A model generated the notes under the pieces. The model worked only from the letters and a program-made list of their open reading frames with translations. It made no database searches and was not told the origin of the DNA. DNA of 64,000 nt from Deinococcales bacterium (GTDB taxonomy: Bacteria; Deinococcota; Deinococci; Deinococcales; JAAFIG01), in NCBI GenBank assembly GCA_043778225.1, contig JAYWGM010000044.1, positions 1-64,000 of the forward strand, given 5' to 3'. Each line of letters begins with the position of its first letter. Position 1 is the first letter of the stretch. The position numbers were made by a program, and so were the translations under genes. Positions 58,861 through 64,000 of the stretch are shown piece by piece.

Positions 58861-59826
58861 CTAAGATGCTCTCACCAAAAAAGGTAGTGAGAAGACTATA
58901 AAAAAACAAACTAATGACCCTAAGTAAACTATTATTTTGGATTTTCTTTCAATTGAACCAATGAAATTGGTAACAGAATAAGTGAAAAGAACCGGTATGA
59001 TAATCCATGAAATTATTAAAAATCTATCGGAATAAGGAATGAAATTTAGAAAATGTCCGACCCCATTTGTGAAAAAATAGATTTTCCATAGAAAAAAATT
59101 GAAAGAATTAGTAGCTATTTTTTTATGATTATTTGAAAACCAAAAAAGTAGTAGGGGTAGTGCAGAATAAACTATAAAATCAAATCGTGGTCCGATTCGA
59201 TAAATAACCTCACTGGTTTCGTTGACATAATTTAGATATTTATCACCTAGATTTAATGCAGAGAAGAGTGACGCGTACAATGGAGAAAAAGCTGAAAAAA
59301 ATGAACAACCTGTCCAGAATAGAATTGTCCATCTGATCGAAAGTCCTGAGAAAAATAAGAAAATAAAAGGAATAATCGAAGAAATATGAAAACTGACACT
59401 AATTGCAGCGAGTATACTAAAAGCAACAAATTTGCGATTGAAAAAATAGTAATATGCAATAAAACCAATTGCAATTGCAATGCCTTGGCGCATCACATTA
59501 ATATTTAGCGCATAAAATGAAGGAAAAATACTAAGTAATAGTAAAAAAAACCAACTATTTTTATTAAAAATTAAAAAAGAAAATCGAAGAAAAAATCCTT
59601 GAATTGCAAAACTTATGATAAACAAAAACATAATGGAGTTTTCTGAGATTGTTCTAATGGCAAGAGAAAATACGGAGAACCCAATTTCAATTCCAACCGC
59701 ACTATAATCATCAAGTCCCGAGAAATTTTGAAACATCCTAATGTAGGTTTCTGTATCTGAGCCGACTGAATCCGCTCGTAAGCCAAAACCGAGTATTAGA
59801 ATCAAAATAATAGTTATAGAAGTCAT
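58861..59826 (-). CDS. EpsG-family polysaccharide polymerase (Wzy-like)
   Basis: GLR...GSDT..Y, EIGF, MRQGIA and FHISS motifs; multi-TM. Confidence 0.8.
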   Translation of the reverse strand: MTSITIILILILGFGLRADSVGSDTETYIRMFQNFSGLDDYSAVGIEIGFSVFSLAIRTISENSIMFLFIISFAIQGFFLRFSFLIFNKNSWFFLLLLSIFPSFYALNINVMRQGIAIAIGFIAYYYFFNRKFVAFSILAAISVSFHISSIIPFIFLFFSGLSIRWTILFWTGCSFFSAFSPLYASLFSALNLGDKYLNYVNETSEVIYRIGPRFDFIVYSALPLLLFWFSNNHKKIATNSFNFFLWKIYFFTNGVGHFLNFIPYSDRFLIISWIIIPVLFTYSVTNFIGSIERKSKIIVYLGSLVCFFIVFSLPFLVRAS

Positions 59827-59880
59827 ATGTATTTTTCTTAATTTTAAATTATACTTTTCATAGTTTCCATTGTCGTAAAA

Positions 59881-61164
59881 CTAGAGTATCTTTGTATTTT
59901 TATATCTAGAGTTATATATATTTGATAATTTTTTGTTAAACTGCAACAAATCAATGAAAACTAAAAATAGCAACTCGAACATTTTATACTGTTCAAAAAC
60001 AGTTCCCGAATCTATTTTTTTATCCAGTAGTTCAATAAACTTACGCAGTGTTATTTTAATGGAGAGGGATTCGGCTTTTGCGCGCGACTTTTTACAGATT
60101 TCAAAATACTCTAAATCTGAAAGTTTCAAGACATTTAATAGTTTTTCTTTAATTGAAAACTCTTTTTGCCCTGTGGCTTTTTCTTGAAACGAAATACCAG
60201 AGATTTCGTGGATATAACCGTAAGTTATTGGTAAATCCGCACCATCAATCATAGCTAATGCCGGTATACCAAGAGCAGCAGCCTCTACAAGTGCAGTTCC
60301 ACTACCAACAAATATACAACTGTCCCGAATCAAAGTCTTTATAGTATCGTAACGCACCGCCCCTTTAAATTGGACTGTATTGGAAATACCAAGTTCCACA
60401 ACACGTTTTTCTAGTGTAGATCGCAAAGGACCATCTCCGTAAATGACATAGTTGACATTTATTCCCATTGATAATACTTCTTGTACAATATCTAACATAA
60501 AAAAATGGTATGTCTTAAAGTCTACAAGCCTTCCTACTGTTACAATTTTGAGCTTTTTCACATTTCTATCGGGCAAAAAATCCCAATTTGCCAAGTCAAC
60601 TCCAATTGGGAAAATGTTATTTGATTTTTCAAAATGATATACTCTCCGATATACTTCTTCACAATACTCATTATAATAAATAATGTTTCTAGTATCTAAA
60701 GATTTTTTAAATAAATTATTCATCCAAAAACTTAATCTTAATCTGGGTGATACATCGTACATAAACTCGCCAATATGATAAATTCCGCAAGTTAATATCG
60801 CATTTTGAAAAAACTTTTTGACTAAGTTCGCATAAATCAGCGTTATTGAGTCTGTTGCGTGTATATGATCATATTCTTGATCAAAAAATACGCGCAGCTT
60901 TTTTCTGTTAATAGAAAAAACACTAAAAAAGATAGGCAATTTAGATATTTTTAGAGCGCCTATGTCTAAAAATTGATCTAAAAAAACTATTTTAGCAATC
61001 CCACTTATTTCACTGACGATCTCGGGTGAAAAATTCCTAGTTAAAACTACAACCGTAACTTTATCGCCTATCCCAACGAACTGTTGGGATATTCTAAGTA
61101 CAAAGGTTTCAATTCCCCCATAGGATAAAGTGTTGACGAGAATTAAGTGATTTTTATTTTGCAT
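59881..61164 (-). CDS. GT4-like glycosyltransferase
   Basis: GGIET, VGRL, YGDGPLR and EAAALGIP motifs. Confidence 0.8.
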   Translation of the reverse strand: MQNKNHLILVNTLSYGGIETFVLRISQQFVGIGDKVTVVVLTRNFSPEIVSEISGIAKIVFLDQFLDIGALKISKLPIFFSVFSINRKKLRVFFDQEYDHIHATDSITLIYANLVKKFFQNAILTCGIYHIGEFMYDVSPRLRLSFWMNNLFKKSLDTRNIIYYNEYCEEVYRRVYHFEKSNNIFPIGVDLANWDFLPDRNVKKLKIVTVGRLVDFKTYHFFMLDIVQEVLSMGINVNYVIYGDGPLRSTLEKRVVELGISNTVQFKGAVRYDTIKTLIRDSCIFVGSGTALVEAAALGIPALAMIDGADLPITYGYIHEISGISFQEKATGQKEFSIKEKLLNVLKLSDLEYFEICKKSRAKAESLSIKITLRKFIELLDKKIDSGTVFEQYKMFELLFLVFIDLLQFNKKLSNIYNSRYKNTKIL

Positions 61165-61385
61165 AATATTTTTTCGCTAATAGGTGTAATATTGAATAAG
61201 GTTTATAAATCTTTATACATTACTCGAAGCACAGCATCTAAATTTCCAACTTTAGTTGAATCTTGTAATTTTCAAATCAAAACTGAGTCATTAACGGCGG
61301 GAGTTCACCCGAATTATTTTTTAACTTTATCTGAAATTGGTATTTACTGCTTGAAATAGTATTATGTATCTCCTGATATTACAGT

Positions 61386-62672
61386 CTAACCCAGATATGT
61401 GTCGGCACTTTTGTTTTGAATCCAATAATAAAAATACCCTCCATTAAAAATTAAAAATAAAAAATTTGAGAAAGCATATCCAACAGAAACACCCTGTAAG
61501 CCAAAAAGCTGGATACTGGACACTGTTATAATACTAAGTAGAGCCACTTGCACTATTTCTGCTAGAACGAAGATTCTTACTCTACCTTGTGCCAAATATA
61601 TAAATCCAAAAATTTGACTTGAATACTTTAACAAATCACCTAATAACTGCCAGCTTAAAAATTCCTTAGTTCTTAAAAAATCATTAGAAAAGAATATGGA
61701 AACGAGAGTGTCCTGAAAAATGACGGCTGCGATGATAACTGCTAAATAGATGGGTATTGTAATTTTGACAATTTTCCGAACTAGTCTGTATACATCATTT
61801 TTTGATTTTGCTTCGACAATCTTTGTGTAGTAGTAGCCACTTAAGCCTGCTGAAAACACTTGGAAAAAACCCTCAGAAATACGTGTAGCGCTAATCCAGA
61901 ATCCTAAAATAGACCAATCATATTGAAGTTGTAATTGTGAACGCAGCACTACATTAAAAACAGGAACAGTAATTGCTGCGACAAAAAACATCAACGAATA
62001 CTGTAGTAACTCTCTTGATCTTTCAATAAAAAAAATCCTTTTAAGACGAAAAATTATAAATCCAAGAACTCGAATTCGACCCAGGAGTTTTAAAAGAAAA
62101 TAACTAGAATAAATAAATGCACCAAGTATCTGAATGCTTAATGCTGAAATGATTATTTCATTAAAACTAAGAGCATACTGAGAAAGAGCGAAACCAAGAA
62201 TAATTGTTATAGCGGTGAGGTAAAAACTTAGCCGTACTTGACGGTTTGCATTAATTATTGCAGATTGAAAGTTGAATCCGATGAAAAACATTTGTAAAAC
62301 CGCTATCAATACTATGATTTCACGATAGCTATCATCACCAAAAATCTGAACCGATATGCTCTTTTGAAAAAAAACTGAGACAAAAGCAATTACTACGCTC
62401 ACAAAGATAGCTATAATACTTGCCACCTGCATATATTCTAATTGCTTGGAAGGTTCATTTTTATATTGTGCATAAAATTTAGTTAAACCTGCATGCACTC
62501 CACCTCCAGAGATTAGTAGCATCAATGAGGTAAAACTGATTGCTTGCCCACTTATACCAACACCACTCACACCTGTATAGATAGCCAATATCTTTGTGAC
62601 AACAAAAGACCCAACTAAGCGAAATCCACTGGTAAGTATAATATAGAGTCCCGAGCGAATGATACTTAGCAC
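61386..62672 (-). CDS. O-antigen flippase (WzxE-like)
   Basis: About 12 TMs; KILAIYTG..G...GQ and WQLLGDLLK motifs. Confidence 0.85.
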   Translation of the reverse strand: MLSIIRSGLYIILTSGFRLVGSFVVTKILAIYTGVSGVGISGQAISFTSLMLLISGGGVHAGLTKFYAQYKNEPSKQLEYMQVASIIAIFVSVVIAFVSVFFQKSISVQIFGDDSYREIIVLIAVLQMFFIGFNFQSAIINANRQVRLSFYLTAITIILGFALSQYALSFNEIIISALSIQILGAFIYSSYFLLKLLGRIRVLGFIIFRLKRIFFIERSRELLQYSLMFFVAAITVPVFNVVLRSQLQLQYDWSILGFWISATRISEGFFQVFSAGLSGYYYTKIVEAKSKNDVYRLVRKIVKITIPIYLAVIIAAVIFQDTLVSIFFSNDFLRTKEFLSWQLLGDLLKYSSQIFGFIYLAQGRVRIFVLAEIVQVALLSIITVSSIQLFGLQGVSVGYAFSNFLFLIFNGGYFYYWIQNKSADTYLG

Positions 62673-62673
62673 T

Positions 62674-63807
62674 TTAATTTTCGACGCAAAATTGCTTTAG
62701 CAATCTGCAAATAAGAAACAAATCTTCTTCTTGAAGCTCATAGAATAAGGGTAATCTCACAAGACAGTTAGTATACCTATTTGAATTTTCCAATTCAGAT
62801 ACTTTACCAAATTGAGAGAAGTACGGACTTGAGTTTAATGACAAATAATGAAAAACAGCTTGGACACCGTTTAATTTAAGATATGAAATAAGACGTGTTC
62901 GAGTTTCAATATCTCTACAAACTAGGTAATACATATGTGCATTATTGGTAGCGTAATTCGGCACTTCACATATCCTAAAAATATTTTCATGGTTTACTTC
63001 ATCCTTCAAGAACGTATCATAAAAATTCCAAATCCATAGTCTTCGCTCTTGTATTTCCTTTAGCACCTCGAGTTGAGCATATAAATATGCCGCAATAATG
63101 TCTGATGGTAAAAACGATGATCCAAGATCAACCCAACCATATTTGTCAACCTCTCCTCTGAAAAAAGACGATCTATTGGTACCCTTTTCTCTTATTATTT
63201 CCGCCTTAAGAACATCATTAAAATCATTTAGGGCAAGTAAACCACCTTCGCCTGATATAACATTTTTCGTTTCATGAAACGAAAAAGTAGCAAACCGTCC
63301 AATGGTTCCAAGTGGAATACCTTTGTAATATGAATCAATGGCTTGAGCTGCATCTTCAATAATTGGAATGTCATATTGTTTTGCAATTGCAGTAATCGCA
63401 TCCATATCACAAGCAATACCTGCATAATGAACCACAACGATAGCTTTTGTTTTAGGGGTAATCAGTCTTTTGATTTCTTCGGGGTCAATATTTGGCGAAT
63501 CCTTACAACTATCAGCAAACATCAACTTTGCTCCACGTAAAGCGAAAGCATTGGCAGTAGAAACAAACGTAAATGCAGGAAGTATAACTTCATCATCTTG
63601 TTGGATATTTAACAATAAAGCACACATCTCGAGGGCATCAGTACACGAAGTTGTTAGAAGTGCTTTTTTAATTCCATATTTTTCTTCAAAAAATGAATGG
63701 CATTTCTTAGTGAAAATACCATCACCCGATATTTTTCCAGATGCAACAGACTGAGCTATGTAGACGAGTTCGCGTCCGTGTAAATAAGGTTTATTGAAAG
63801 GAATCAT
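62674..63807 (-). CDS. wecE: dTDP-4-amino-4,6-dideoxygalactose transaminase
   Basis: MIPFNKP, TTSCTDALE, SFHETKN, EKGTNR, GEVDKY.W and AVFHY motifs. Confidence 0.88.
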   Translation of the reverse strand: MIPFNKPYLHGRELVYIAQSVASGKISGDGIFTKKCHSFFEEKYGIKKALLTTSCTDALEMCALLLNIQQDDEVILPAFTFVSTANAFALRGAKLMFADSCKDSPNIDPEEIKRLITPKTKAIVVVHYAGIACDMDAITAIAKQYDIPIIEDAAQAIDSYYKGIPLGTIGRFATFSFHETKNVISGEGGLLALNDFNDVLKAEIIREKGTNRSSFFRGEVDKYGWVDLGSSFLPSDIIAAYLYAQLEVLKEIQERRLWIWNFYDTFLKDEVNHENIFRICEVPNYATNNAHMYYLVCRDIETRTRLISYLKLNGVQAVFHYLSLNSSPYFSQFGKVSELENSNRYTNCLVRLPLFYELQEEDLFLICRLLKQFCVEN

Positions 63808-63809
63808 AA

Positions 63810-64000
63810 TTAAAACCACCTATGGAATGTATAAAGACTTTTCTGCAATTCAAAACCATTTCTGGCTAGACTTTTCTGCACTGAGACATTTTGAAGCTGT
63901 GTCGAATAAATTATTGTTTTATAACTATTTTGCAATGCCCAATTCTCCATTTCTGTAATTAATTGAGTAAAAATACCACGACCCTGGAACTCTGGTGCAA
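63810..64000 (-). CDS. GNAT acetyltransferase, WecD-like (5'-truncated by window edge; not in the ORF track)
   Basis: Manual translation ...APEFQGRGIFTQLI...STQLQN.SVQK...RNGF...YTFHRWF*; QGRG acetyl-CoA motif; directly upstream of wecE. Confidence 0.75.
   Translation of the reverse strand, partial: APEFQGRGIFTQLITEMENWALQNSYKTIIYSTQLQNVSVQKSLARNGFELQKSLYTFHRWF

Noticed and set aside
61147..61359. 70-aa plus-strand ORF in the glycan locus gap
   Set aside because: It is antisense to the locus, with no RBS or recognisable motif.
47776..64000. Prophage, IS element or integrase-bounded island
   Set aside because: No transposase, integrase, phage gene or tRNA attachment site is recognisable in the window.

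Overview
This is a chromosomal window of about 50% GC, most likely from a Deinococcota (Deinococcales-like) bacterium. That assignment is inferred from the gene families and from many -10 hexamers sitting 5-9 nt before start codons. Positions 1-47.7 kb are mostly housekeeping genes: ftsH (partial), a Ser/Thr kinase-NTPase-TPR protein, PBP1A, a CP-ATP-grasp/alpha-E pair, 5'-nucleotidase, iolG, a DnaQ-like exonuclease, mreB-S55 peptidase-lpxD-lpxC, a GH36 alpha-galactosidase, plsX, ndk, a 2-oxoacid dehydrogenase E1a/E1b/E2 operon, mutM, meaB, cobU-btuDCF under a cobalamin riboswitch, and mqnC. Positions 47.8-64 kb hold a surface-glycan locus: a PglF/E/D/C-like pathway, an O-antigen ligase-family protein, glycosyltransferases, Wzy/EpsG, Wzx and WecE/WecD-like genes. 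An AAA-PD-(D/E)XK gene and a DUF4258 toxin-antitoxin-like pair are inserted in it, and its distal part is AT-rich. The most notable non-obvious signals are: (1) very strong over-representation of CTCGAG in core DNA that almost vanishes in the AT-rich glycan genes; (2) an inverted doublet of composite hairpins directly upstream of a DUF559 nuclease, resembling a REPIN/RAYT arrangement; (3) a non-coding 6S-like RNA divergent from ndk; (4) lipid A pathway genes in a lineage usually described as lacking LPS; (5) several families of short repeats, some of which contribute to protein termini. All calls come from motif recognition by eye, and no database searches were run.
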